NCBI GenBank assembly: GCA_951406725.2
Contig: OX597836.1
Span: forward strand, 12,028,001-12,092,000
Origin: Octopus vulgaris
Taxonomy: Eukaryota
Direction of reading: 5' to 3'
Length of the DNA stretch: 64,000 nt
Positions 1 through 12,808 of this stretch are shown here, one piece after another; within the stretch, counting starts at the first letter, position 1; every line of letters begins with the position of its first letter. A program made the position numbers and the translations under genes. Below the pieces are notes generated by a model. The model did no database searches and was not told the DNA's origin. It was given only the letters and a program-made list of their open reading frames with translations.

Positions 1-321
1 TTATTCTTTTCCATAGCAAACAGTTACAAAAAACATACATAGAAAGATAAAATAAAATTTAAAAAAAACACGCCCAAGAAACAAACAAACAAAACAAAGA
101 AACAAAAACAAAATAAACAACAAACGAAAAATATGCCCCTCCCCTCCTCCATTCTTTCCATTAAGCAACTTGCTATCATTCAAGTGTTGTGTTACTTTGT
201 TGTGAATTGCAAACCTTCTTTTGGGGGGATCGTCCCCCCCTCCCCCCGTTTTTTATTCTTTTTTCCCAATGTGTAGATTGACAGACATATGGCTTTGACA
301 TTCCCACAAACTGTCCCTAGA

Positions 322-600
322 TTCTTCTTCAATTCTTCTTCTTCTTCAATTCTTCTTCTTCTTCTTCTTCTTCTTCAATTCTTCTTCTTTTTCTTCTTCA
401 ATTCTTCTTCTTCTTCTTCTTCTTCAATTCTTCTTCTTTTTCTTCTTCAATTCTTCTTCTTCTTCAATTCTTCTTCTTCTTTTTCAGTTCTTCTTCTTCT
501 TCTTCTTCAGTTCTTCTTCTTCTTCTTCTTCTTTTCTTCTTTTTCAATTCTTCTTTTTCAATTCTTCTTCTTCAATTCTTCTTCTTATTATTATTATTAT
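322..600. repeat. (TTC)n microsatellite with AA interruptions, ending in (TTA)n
   Basis: Directly visible TTC reiteration; explains ORF 289..624. Confidence 0.95.
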
Positions 601-724
601 TTTCTTTTTGTGATTTCATTGTGAAGTTTACTATTTTTTTAGTCCATGAATAAATTATTTGCAAAGTAGAAGAAATCTTGGGTCCTCGATGCTTTTGAAG
701 TAAAAGAAATGAAAACGGAATAAG

Positions 725-945
725 AATTATTACAAGCTGTGTAGGTAAAAAGAAAATTCTATGGGGAAGGGACTAGTTGATTACATCGACCCCCAATTCT
801 TCACAGGTACTTAATTTATCAACCTTGAAAAAATGAAAGACAAAGTTGACCTTGGTGGAATTTGAACTCAGAATGTAAAAACTGACGAAATACCACTAAG
901 CATTTTGCCCGGTGCACTAACAATTCTACCAGCTCATTGTCAGAA
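725..945 (-). mobile_element. Degenerate SINE family B copy (Meta-like domain, (TTA)n-tail type)
   Basis: Reverse complement matches the copies at 5976 and 17139 (ctgagttcaaattccaccaaggtcaactttg...aattaagtacc). Confidence 0.8.
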
Positions 946-1098
946 TAATAATAAAAATAATGAAAAATTATAAACCCCGAAGTGGTTCTCGGCCATTAAA
1001 GGGAAAATTTCACCCTCCCTTTTATTTTTTAGTAAACTCTCTCTCTCTCTCAGCAGCATCAAAGATGGCCAGTAAAATGTCCCGTGTGTGTGTGTGTG

Positions 1099-1311
1099 TA
1101 CTCTTTACTCTCTTTTACTTGTTTCAGTCATTTGACTGCGGCCATGCTGGAGCACCACCTTTAGTCGAGCAAATCGACCCCCAGGACTTATTCTTTGTAA
1201 GCCTAGTACTTATTCTATTGGTCTCTTTTGCCAAGCCGCTAAGTTACAGGGACGTAAACACACAAGCATTGGTTGTCAAGTGATGCTGTGGGGACAAACA
1301 CAGACATACAA

Positions 1312-1373
<62 letters not shown>

Positions 1374-1790
1374 GTTAATAAAATAGAACATATGCATATA
1401 TATAAACATATATGTACGTACCTACCTCTACATGTACATATACACGCATATATGTGTACAGGACACCAAAAAGACGTCGAACACATAGAGAGACGAAAAA
1501 CATAGACACAAACCAAGGAACAGGACAAGCAAAAAAGAAAAAAAGAGATACAGGACAATAAGCACAACGAAAAATCCCCTTCTTCAGTCGCTAAGGTTTC
1601 ATCTACTCTACGACGGTCTTCTTTCAGTTTCCGTCTACCAAATCCACTCACAAGGCATTGGTCGGCCCGGGGCTATAGCAGAAGACACTTGCCCAAGATG
1701 CCACGCAGTGGGACTGAACCCAGAACCATGTGGTTGGTTAGCAAGCTACTTACCACACAGCCACTCCTGCGCCTATATATATATATATAT

Positions 1791-1821
<31 letters not shown>

Positions 1822-2030
1822 CATACACACACATATATATATATATATATACATACACATATATACGACGGTCTTCTTTCAGTTTTTGTCTACCAAATCC
1901 ACTCACAAGGCTTTGGTTGGCCTGAGGCTATAGTAGAAGACACTATGCCCAAGGTGCCACGCAGTGGGACTGAACCCGGAACCATGTGGTTGGTAAGCAA
2001 GCTACTTACCACATAGCCACTCCTGCACCT
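1099..2030 (-). mobile_element. SINE family A (tRNA-derived, CORE-like, OR2-like) with an inserted fragment (about 1375-1611) and a tandemly duplicated 5' half (1865-2030)
   Basis: Reverse complement of the full-length copy at 3354-3782; two head copies at 1612-1775 and 1865-2030. Confidence 0.9.
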
Positions 2031-2054
2031 ATATATATATGTATATATACATAC

Positions 2055-2088
<34 letters not shown>

Positions 2089-2091
2089 ATC

Positions 2092-2580
2092 TCAGATTAT
2101 GGAATCTGATATTGCCCCTTGATTCTCAGACTTGGCAAAACAGATGACAAAAACCCATCGATTGTTTTATTTTCTCATCGCTTCTAAGTTACGCTCTCAG
2201 AGGTCAGTTGGTCATTTACTATCACATAAAAACATACTTATTCGAAAGGGGCTGAAATTCATACCGAAACCCAACTATATATATATGTATATGTATATAT
2301 TCCTAACAGAGAAGTCTGTACCATTTCTCAAAGAATAAACACTGCACAGACAATGAACAGCCTCTCTATTCTCTTGTAACTTGTACTCCCCATAATGCTC
2401 AAACTCTCTTAAATATCGTGACCAAAAGTATGACAAACTTGCTTCTATAAATATTTACTTAGGCGCACCGTCTATTCATATTCTACACACTGCTTTGGTA
2501 CAATCAATTTATTTCAATATCGTTGGTTGTTATTCTTTGAAAAACTCCCGTCGACTTTTACATATGATAAATGCCAAATT
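2092..2580 (+). mobile_element. Possible Penelope-like retroelement relic
   Basis: The translation ILIRKGLKFIPKPN resembles the L..GL.F.P.P motif N-terminal to Penelope RT; it sits in a TA/CA tract. The short motif is the only support. Confidence 0.3.
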
Positions 2581-2697
2581 TATACATACATACATACGTA
2601 CGTGCGTATATACAGTGTGACTATATTTCTGCAAATGTTTATGCATGTATATAAACAGATGCTTCTCCTTGCATGTAGGTATGCAGAGGTTTATACA

Positions 2698-2721
<24 letters not shown>

Positions 2722-2733
<12 letters not shown>

Positions 2734-3168
2734 AACGGCAGTTTGTCTGTCTGTCAGGTTGTACCCTCACCCTGACCACGGCTTTCAACCGATTCTGATG
2801 AAACTTGACACACACATAGCCCAATGTCATAATTCAAAACTAACGCAGCGAAAATTTTGAAAAGTTCCCCCAGTTCTGAAAAAAGTCGATAAATTCGACA
2901 TGGGGTCGAGAATCTAAGCTTTTTATATGCAACACATTTTCTGGGCTGTACGTGGGCTGTTCATGCGTTGGGAGGCGCAATGATGTTTTCATGTTTTCGC
3001 CCAAAGGGACAGCTAGGAACATCGTATACACAGAAGTATTCGAGTGAAGAGAAGACATTGCAACCTACACATGCGCCTTCGTTCCCTAGAGGGCAAAGGA
3101 CTAGATTGGGATTAGTCGTTGCCTACTAGGGAGCTTACATACCTGGGCAACGTCGGGCTATGCTGCTA

Positions 3169-3169
<1 letters not shown>
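2722..3169 (+). mobile_element. Non-autonomous Helitron (family 1)
   Basis: 5' tatataaacggcagtttgtctgtctgtc; 3' GC-rich hairpin cctgggcaacgtcggg followed by terminal CTAG|T at 3166-3170; no TIR or TSD. Confidence 0.75.
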
Positions 3170-3210
<41 letters not shown>

Positions 3211-3353
3211 TGATCTTAATGCTTGAGTATATGAATATATGCATACATTTATGCATGGACATATGTATGTAGATGTTTATGTATGTTAATATCTACATGT
3301 ATATATATAAATGTTTGTGTATATATGTTTGATGATGTATATATATATATATA

Positions 3354-3518
3354 GGCGCAGGAGTTGCTGTGTGGTAAGTAGCTTGCTAACCAACCACATG
3401 GTTCCGGGTTCAGTCCCACTGCGTGGCATCTTGGACAAGTGTCTTCTGCTATAGCCCCGGGCCGACCAATGCCTTGTGAGTGGATTTGGTAGACGGAAAC
3501 TGAAAGAAGCCTGTCGTA

Positions 3519-3557
<39 letters not shown>

Positions 3558-3782
3558 TTGTGTGTTTGTGTGTCTGTATTTGTCCCCCTAGCATTGCTCG
3601 ACAACCGATGCTGGTGTCTTTACGTCCCCATCACTTAGCGGTTTGGCAAAAGAGACTGATAGAATAAGTACTGGGCTTACAAAGAATAAGTCCTGGGGTC
3701 GATTTGCTCGACTAAAAGGCAGTGCTCCAGCATGCCCACAGTCAAATGACTGAAACCAATAAAAGAGTAAAAGAGTAAGAGT
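3354..3782 (+). mobile_element. SINE family A, full-length reference copy
   Basis: Pol III A-box-like gctgtgtggtaa and B-box-like ggttcagtccc; CORE-like atcttggacaagtg; internal (TA/TG)n; 3' tail aaaagagt repeats; more than 20 related copies or fragments in the window. Confidence 0.92.
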
Positions 3783-3870
3783 ATGTATATATGTAAATCT
3801 TTATATGCATAATTGTGAATGTTTGTGTATGTATATGTGTGTGTATATGTTTAGACGTATGTACATATAG

Positions 3871-4165
3871 TGAAGGCACGTAGCTTTGTGGTTAGGGCAT
3901 TCAGCTCACGATTGTAAGGTCTTGAGTTCAATTCCGGGCGACACGTGTCCTTGAGCAAGACACTTTATTTCACGTTGCTCCTGTCCACTCAGCTGGTAAA
4001 AGATGCTGGCGTGTTTATGTCCCCGAAACTTAGAGGTTCAGCAAAAGGCTAAGGATAAGTACTAGGCTTACAAAGAATAAGTCCTGCAGTCGATTTGGTT
4101 GACTGAAGGCGGTGCTCCAGCATGGCCACAGTCAAATGACTGAAACAAGTAAAAGAGTAAAGAGA
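3871..4165 (+). mobile_element. Chimeric SINE: family C-like tRNA head joined to a family A 3' half
   Basis: Head gtggttagggcattc...gagttcaattcc, then from about 4003 the family A 3' sequence through gaaacaagtaaaagag. Confidence 0.7.
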
Positions 4166-4241
4166 GTGTGTAGTGTAATCTTTTGTCTTGTAATGTCTTT
4201 ATGAAATTTCGAGAAAATCTATTTAGAAACATTAATGTATG

Positions 4242-4276
<35 letters not shown>

Positions 4277-4330
4277 ATGCGCGTATACAATATATATATA
4301 TAGTTTATGTATTTGCATGTAGGTGTGTGT

Positions 4331-4378
<48 letters not shown>

Positions 4379-4840
4379 GTGTATATATATAAAGTGTGAG
4401 TATGTGTTGGCTGTGTTGTATGTGTACGTATGCTTTGTACTGTAATGTCTGCTTGTATATATATCCATTGTGTTCTACGCGTGTGTATATATGCAGATGT
4501 GCAGCTGTGATTAGATCTATGCGTGTAAATGCGCATGTTTTCTTTATGCTTGTGTACGTCCATAACACAGGCATATTTGCGTATGCATGTGTCTTATGCA
4601 CATGCATACACCCACTAACAAACGTGTGCGCATGCGCACACATAGTTATGGATGCATAATGCGTGTGTGTGTGTGTGTGTGTTTGTATAGTTGTATGTAT
4701 GCAAATATATGTATGTTTGTGTGTGTGTATATATATATGTATAATGTATCTGTATATATGCATGTTTGTATACATACATATATATACATATATATTTATA
4801 TATCAGTAAATGTAAATGTATATATATATTTATATATCAG

Positions 4841-4898
<58 letters not shown>

Positions 4899-5019
4899 TA
4901 CACATATATATATACATATATATATATATATACATATATATATACATATATATATATATACACACTTTTATATCAGTAAATATAAATCACACACATATCT
5001 ACACACGCATTCATATACA

Positions 5020-5064
<45 letters not shown>

Positions 5065-5599
5065 ATGCATGCATATATATATATATATACACATACATAA
5101 TGCATGCCTATGTATGCATAAATATATATGCGTATGTATATATATATATATCTGCATATACATGTGCGTATATTCATAGATACATCCACACACACACACA
5201 CACACACGTTTTCACTCATCAAATACAGAAGCTTTCGTTTTGTTCATCTTCATAGTTGATGGTTGTTTGTTTTTGTTTTTCTTTCTTTTTGTTTGTTTTT
5301 GTTCTTCTTCTTATCATGCCCGCTATCACCTCCTAAACTTCAACGGTGTGTCATAGTTTTTGTGCCAGCTTTTGTCATAACTGAATGTTTGCCATTGTCT
5401 GAATATTATTTTTCTAAATGGTTTTGTCACATTTAACCTGTTGCATTGACATTTCGTGTGGAAACTTTTATTCGGGGATGCAATTTGGATTCAAATTAAA
5501 TTTTCATAAAATTTGTGAAATGGTAGGAATTGTGTGTGTGAGATAAGCGAGAAATTATAGTTTATTCATATTTTCCTTGTTCTTTTTCTTGTTTTATTA

Positions 5600-5630
<31 letters not shown>

Positions 5631-5646
5631 CATCATTATTATTATT

Positions 5647-5880
5647 ATTCAGTAGTTTTATTTTTATATCGTGCTTTCACTTCACTACCGAGCGCAGCTC
5701 TGTGTGCCTTGGGTATGTGCTGTAGTTTGTTGTGATGCTCTTACTTTCGCTGTATTGAAAGTGTTTTGCGTAGGATGTGTGCAGTGCCCAGTAGTGCAAT
5801 TTTCGGTATGTTATATATATTTGTAAGTCCTGGTGTTTTTGTTATGTATTTGTCTGAATATTTTTTTATCATACCTAAAT
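5647..5880 (-). mobile_element. R4/Dong-clade non-LTR retrotransposon 3' end inserted in (TAA)n
   Basis: The minus strand translates LGMIKKYSDKYITKTPGLTNIYNIPKIALLGTAHILRKTLSIQRK*, a typical R4/Dong C-terminus. It is followed by a 3'UTR and TAA tail and is flanked by TTA/TAA repeats. Confidence 0.8.
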
Positions 5881-5926
5881 AATATTATTATTATTATTAA
5901 TAATCTTCAATTCTTTTTCTTCTTCC

Positions 5927-5974
<48 letters not shown>

Positions 5975-5975
5975 G

Positions 5976-6190
5976 GTGAGCTGGCAGAATCATTGGCACA
6001 CTTGGTGAAATGCTTAGCAGAATTTCACCCGTCGCTATGTTCTGAGTTCAAATTCTGCCGAGGTTGACTTTGCCTTTCGTCCTTTCGAGGTTGACAAATT
6101 AAGTACCAGTTGAATACTGGAGTCCATGTAATCGACTATCCCCCCCTCAAATTTCAGGCCTTGTACCTACCATAGAAAGGATTATTATTA
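5976..6190 (+). mobile_element. SINE family B (tRNA-like head + Meta-like domain), (TTA)n-tail subtype
   Basis: gagctggcagaatc A-box, gagttcaaattc B-box, central gactttgcctttcgtcctttcgaggttgacaaattaagtaccag, ATT tail. Confidence 0.88.
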
Positions 6191-6382
6191 TTATCATTAT
6201 CATTATTATTATCTATCTGTCTGTGACTACCCATCTGTCTATCTATCATCACTATCTCTCTCTCTCTATCTATCTACCTGTCTGTATGTCTATCTTTCTA
6301 TCTATCTCTGTCTGTCTGTCCTGTTACATTGCTCTCTCTGCCAACCTCCTCAATCACTGCTGCCACCTATTTCACCACCACC

Positions 6383-6414
<32 letters not shown>

Positions 6415-7005
6415 AACAATACAATAATAGTAACAACAGTGAGTGAAAAAAAAAAAAGGCATCCCTTGTGATCATAAATATCAGCCGCCTGTCTTCACAC
6501 TTCACCTATCAAAGGAATGAGAGCCTGGCCGACCCCTCCGCTACACCTCCCTCTCCGGAGACACACACACACACGCACACACACAGAGGCACATGCATGC
6601 ATGCAGGGACAGTGCTCTTCCTTCTTGCTCTCCTTCGCTGTTTCTCTCTCTCCATAGTCAGGCGTATCTCTTTGGGAAAATAAACAAACAACACAACACA
6701 TCAGGTTAATAGGTATTGCTTCACATTATATGGCTGTGTATATAGGTGTGTGTGTGTGTCTGTGTCTGTGTAAAGGTGAACCTGCTTGTGAGTATGTATT
6801 TATATCTGTGGGTGTGTGTGTATGTATGCATGCATATATATATGTACGTATGCATGTATGTATATATATGTAGATATATGGACGTATGCATGTATGTATA
6901 TATATATATGTGTATGTATGTATGTATGTATGTATATATGTATGTATATATATATATATGTATGTATATATATATGTATGTATGTATGTATATATATGTA
7001 TGTAA

Positions 7006-7045
<40 letters not shown>

Positions 7046-8204
7046 GTATGTATGTATGGAAGAATTCCCATAATGTATATGTATGTATATATATGTATCT
7101 ATGTATGTATATATATGTATTTATGTATGTATGTATGCATGTATATATATGCATATGTGCGTATTTGTATATATATACACACACACATGTATATATGTGT
7201 GCATGTATAAATGTAAGTTGTGTATATATGCATGTGTGTGTTTTGTGACCAAAATAGTTCACATGTTATTATTTCATATAAAATTAGCAACAAGAATTTT
7301 AGGATTTTAAGAACTAAAATATTTTGCTAAATTACTTTTGCATTAAAGTACACGTCTGTGTGTGTGTGTGTGTGTGTGTGATTTTTACGTTGAATTACAT
7401 GCACACACACTCACACAGAAAAGTACATACACATACATGCAGAGAGAAGCACACACTCAAACACCCTCTCTCAGATGAGCTCACACACACACAAACCCCT
7501 ACACACACACATACAAACCCCCACACACACACATACAAACCCCCCCACACATACAAACCCCCACACACACATACAAATCCACACTCACGTGCTCATGCAG
7601 ATAGAGAAAAGCACACACACACACACACACACAGAGGAAAACATATTCCCCCTATCTTAACATGCACAAAGACACCCAGACATTCATAAACACACACTCA
7701 CAAACACACACTCACAGACGCACAGAGAAATGTACACACACACACTCACAGACACACAGAGTAAAGCATCCATGCACACACACACACACATACACACAAT
7801 TCTTGGGAAATCAAAGAAATGTTCTATTCTCAGGTGTTTTAAGACCAACCATTCCTTGCAAGCAACTTGGAATGGTAAGGAAGGAAGGTGACGTTGAAGA
7901 AGACGTAGTCCGAGGTACACTTATGTCATTTGGTTGAGCTTCCTGATTTATGTGACCCTCCCCCCTGCTGCCGATCCTCCACCTAGCTCTGTCTTCAATG
8001 GCATAACTTTGTCTATTTTTTTTTATCTCTCACTTACTTGTTTCAGGCATTGCGCTGTGGCCATGCTGGAGCAGTGTGCTGAAGATTTTTGTCGAATGCA
8101 CCAATCTCAGCACTCTGTTTTATTCTCTGCTTAAAGACTGATAATCATTTTACCAATCTTTTTTTCCACACGCACACTCACACACACTCACTCACACACA
8201 CACA

Positions 8205-8815
8205 CACTTCTACTATAGCCTCGAGCTGACCAAAGCGTTGTGAGTGGATTTGGTAGACGGAAACTGAAAGAAGCCTGTCGTATATATTTGTGTGTGTGTG
8301 TCTTTGTGTCTGTTTGTCCCCACTGCCATCACTTGACAACTGATGTTCAGTGTGTTTACAACCCAGTAACCTAGCAGTTCGGCAAAAGACACCCATAACA
8401 TAAGTAATAAGCCTTACAAAGAATAAGTCCTGGGGTCGATTTCTTCGACCGGAAACCCTTCAAGGTGGTCCTCCAGCATGGCCACAGTCAAATGACTAAA
8501 ACAAATATGCGACCAAACGAACGAGTGGTATACGCCGGGCGAAATGCGTAGCCATATTTCGTCTACTGTTACGTTCTGAGTTCAAATTCCGCCGAGGTCG
8601 ACTTTGCCTTTCATCCTTTCGGGGTCAATTAAATAAGTACCAGTTACGCACTGGGGTCGATATAATCGACTTAATCCGTTTGTCTGTCCTTGTTTGTCCC
8701 CTCTGTGTTTAGCCCCTTGTGGGTAGTAAAGAAATAGGTATTGATTTGCTCAAATACGAACCCTTCAAGGCAGTGCCCCAGCATGGCCACAATCCAACAA
8801 CTGAAACAATTGAAT
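8205..8815 (+). mobile_element. SINE cluster: family A 3' part (8205-8510), family B tail-A subtype (8530-8742) and a family A tail fragment
   Basis: Sequence identity to the reference copies. Confidence 0.85.
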
Positions 8816-9277
8816 GACAAGATGATTACAATATCATTATTATTATTATTATTATGTTTGCAACAGTTGCACGTGCATTCTTACTGCACCGCCGGCTGCA
8901 CCACCATGTCGCTGCAGTATGTGCAGTCAACATTGTCTTTTGACAGCAAAGAATTGTGTTTGTGTGCTATTTCTGTCTTGCATTTTGTGAAAGAAAAGCT
9001 CTCCATCTCTCCTTCTCTCTCTCTCACTCTCTCTTCTCCCTCTGTCTCCTGCTCTCCCTCTCATCCGTCCTCTATTGTTGACTTTCAGTTGCACTTGACA
9101 TGGCCTTCTATAAGAATAACAAGAAGTGCACCTGCTTGTACATAGATAAAGACTAATATATATATATATGCGTCCGTGTATGTGTATGCGTATACATACC
9201 TGTATAATATATGTCTTACACATACATACAATATAAGTATGTATATATATATGTATTTATAGATATCTATCTATGCA

Positions 9278-9359
<82 letters not shown>

Positions 9360-9514
9360 AACACACATACACATAAGTATATATACACATACATGTGTAA
9401 GGTGTATGTATATATAACATAAACATATCTATCTATCTATCTATCTATCTATATATATATATATATATACACACACATACACTCTCATACATACAATACC
9501 CATATGTGTATAAA

Positions 9515-9590
<76 letters not shown>

Positions 9591-9743
9591 TTATGTATAT
9601 GTGTGTATGTTCCGATGTGCGTATAAATAATATACCAAGTTCAATTGTTATCATTTGATTATAATAGGGAGGCTAGCCTACTTTCTCTTGCCCTATATTA
9701 TCGAAATATATGTAGATACACACACACACATATATATATATAT

Positions 9744-9784
<41 letters not shown>

Positions 9785-10147
9785 CCTATACACACACACA
9801 CACACATATATATATACATATACACACACACACACACACATATATATACATATACACACACACACACACACATATATATATATGTGTGTTGTGGATGATA
9901 ATTATTTACCTGCCATCCTTGTCTCCACACACCTTCACATCACCCACTTTTTTCCTCTTCTCTTCTTTCCTCTCTCTCCATCGACTGCAACCTCCCCCCT
10001 CCCCTTCCCTCCCCACATATATCTTCTTCTCCTCACCCCCTCTCCTCCCTTCACTTCACCTCACCTCTCCTCTCCTCTCCTCACCTCACCTTTACCTTCT
10101 TATCGTTATTTACACCTTTCTTACCTGATTACTTATTTTTCACACAA

Positions 10148-10198
10148 GGCCAATCAGCGATAATTGTCATTCAGCCTCCACGAACTACCCCCCGCCCC
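10148..10198 (+). promoter_or_regulatory. Candidate promoter-type module: NF-Y CCAAT box + Sp/KLF GC box
   Basis: GGCCAATCAG at 10148-10157 and CCCCGCCCC at 10190-10198 in a unique island between pyrimidine tracts; motif-only evidence. Confidence 0.3.
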
Positions 10199-10269
10199 AC
10201 TCACCTTCCCCCAATCTCCACCTGTGTGTGTGTGTGTGTGCATGTTTGTGTGTGTGTGTGCATATGTGT

Positions 10270-10950
10270 GTCTATGTCTCTTTCTCTCTTTCTTGCACTC
10301 TCTATCTATCTCTGTCTCTCCTCCTCTCTGTTTTCTCTTTCAGTATCTCTCTCTCTCTCCCTCGCTTTCTTACTCTGTCTCTCCCTCTTATCTCAGTCTG
10401 TCTCTCTCTCCTCTCTTAGCCTGTCCCTCTTTCTCTTCTCACAGCCTCTATCTCTACATCTCTCTCTCTCTTCTCTCCCAGTGTTTCTCTTTCTCCTCTC
10501 TCTGTGACTCTCTCTCCTCTCTTATCTGTCCCTCTCTTCTCTCTGTCCCTCTTTCTCTTCTCACAGTCTCTGTCTCCTTCTCTATCTCTACATCTCTCTC
10601 TCTCTCTCTTCTCTCCCAGTCTCTCTCTCTCTTCTCTCCCAGTCTCTCTCTTTCTCCTCTCTCCGTGACTCTCTTTCCTCTCTTAGTCTGTCCCTCTTTC
10701 TCTTCTCGCAGTCTCTCTCCCTCTCTCTCTCTCACTCAGTCTCTCACCTCCTCTCTCTTCTCTCTTCTCTCCCAGTCTCTCTCTCCCTCTCAGTCTCTCT
10801 CCCTCTCCCTCTCTCTCTCTCACTCAGTCTCTCACCTCCTCTCTCTTCTCTCTTCTCTCCCAGTCTCTCTCTCCCTCTCAGTCTCTCTCTCTCCCTCTCT
10901 CTCTCTCTCACTCAGTCTCTCACCTCCACTCTCTCTTCCCCCCATCCTCT
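10270..10950. repeat. Long degenerate (CT)n polypyrimidine tract
   Basis: Visible; explains ORF 10164..11381. Confidence 0.9.
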
Positions 10951-11124
10951 CGATGTGTCGAATTTTAATCAGACTTTCCTTTATCTCAGGTATTTGTTTC
11001 CCCCCCCCCCCCCGCAAAGGATGTGCGATACCGTCAAATATTTCCCTTACTTCTCCCCCCTCCCCCCGACTCCCCACCCTCTACCTCATGCTCCATTCCA
11101 CTTTCGCTCTGCTCTGTTTCCTAT

Positions 11125-11298
11125 CACCACCACCACCACCACCACCACCACCACTATCATCGCTGCCTCTACAGTCTCCATCGATCACCACTGCTGCCAC
11201 CACCACCACCACCCCCACTATTTCCATCTCTCACCGGCACCAGCATCACCATCATTGTTGTCATCATCACTGTCACCTCCACCGCCCCTGCCAACACC

Positions 11299-11331
<33 letters not shown>

Positions 11332-11875
11332 GTCATCGCTGCCGTCTCCACCGGCGCCACCATCTCTGTCAATTATTCTAATGGCTATCTACTGGTGTGA
11401 CCAGGGTCATGGGCCAATGACCCCCCTCCCTCCCCACCATCATAACCACTGTTGTCATTAATGTTACCTACAACCATGACCATCACCTGCCACCAGCATA
11501 CACCTACTCACTACCACCATCACCACCACCACTGATCATTGTCACCATCGCCACCACCACCATCACTACCATTACCACCACCATCAATGCTACTACCGCC
11601 ACCACAGTAATCTCTGCCAACACCATTACCACCAACACCACCTCTGCCATCACTAAAACTACCAGTACAACCACCACCACCACCATCGCCATGACTACCA
11701 CCAACACCTTTACCACCACCACTAATACCAACTCTACCACCACAATCACCACCACCATTACCACAACTACCACCAACACCTTTACCACCACCACCACCAC
11801 CACCACCATCAATATCAACTCTACCACCGCCACCATTACAACTACCACCAACACCTTTACCACCACCACCACCCA
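11125..11875. repeat. Degenerate (CAC/CAT)n trinucleotide region
   Basis: Visible low-complexity tract. Confidence 0.9.
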
Positions 11876-12620
11876 GTTAATGCAGTGACCTCTACTATAA
11901 TATCCCAATGTTACAGTTTGTCATAATCCTGCTGTCTCAGCTTTGAACGTCCTTGCCTGCGTCCTTTATAACCCAGGTATTTATTCCGTCGGTCTCTTTT
12001 GCCGAACTGCTAAGTTATGGGGGCCGTTACCATACCAACACTGGTTGTCAAGCAGTGGTGGGGAACAAACACGGATACAAAGACACATGAATATTTACAC
12101 ACAGATGCACACTCATATAAACACCTATGTACACATACACAATGGCCTTATTACAGTTTCTTAATTCTTTGCTGCCACACAAGGGGCCACACACAGAGGG
12201 GACAAACAAGGACAGACAAACGGATTAAGTCGATTATATCGATCCCAGTACTTAACTGGTACTTATTTAATAACTGTTACTTATTTATGTAACACGCGCA
12301 GTCCTTAATTTTGTATCTGTAGGTATGTATGTGTGTATGTATGTATGTACGTCTGTATATATATATGTATGTATGTCTGAATGTATATATATGTATGTAT
12401 GTCTGAATGTATATATATATATGTCTGAATGTATATATATGTATGTATGTATATATATATGTATGTATATGTATGTATGTATGTATGTCTGTATGTATAT
12501 GTATATATATGTATGTATGTGTATATATATATATATATATATGTATGTCTATGTATGTATGTATGTGTATATATATATATATATGTATGTCTATGTATGT
12601 ATATATATATATATATATAT

Positions 12621-12678
12621 CGTCCAACCCATGCTAGCATGGAAAACAGACGCTAAACGATGATGATGATGATGATGA
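12621..12678 (+). mobile_element. Extreme 3' tail of an RTE-type element with (GAT)n tail
   Basis: cgtccaacccatgctagcatggaaaacagacgctaaacgatgatg; the same tail occurs at about 15140, 15600, 20690, 52905, 57230 and 57640. Confidence 0.75.
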
Positions 12679-12762
12679 TATATATTATGAGGAGTGTATG
12701 AAAAGTCTTGAGCCTCAAAAATACAAAACATGGTACAAGACGGAAACTGAAAGAAGCCTGTC

Positions 12763-12808
<46 letters not shown>

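Noticed and set aside
960-1283. Recurrent peptide FYLFQSFDCGHAGAPPL in many ORFs, suggesting a gene family
   Set aside because: It is the antisense translation of the SINE A 3' end.
10164-11461. Long ORFs (405 aa etc.), and likewise 12992-13984, 44451-45467, 59964-60806, 60855-61496
   Set aside because: The translations are SL/HT/YI/poly-H repeats from microsatellites that lack stop codons; there are no domain-like segments.
12301-12328. Additional AG|GT recursive-site candidates (12322 TAG|GTATGT, 10989 CAG|GTATTT, 41703 CAG|GTGGTT)
   Set aside because: The pyrimidine tract or donor is weak, and the GTATGT is simply the start of a (GTAT)n microsatellite.
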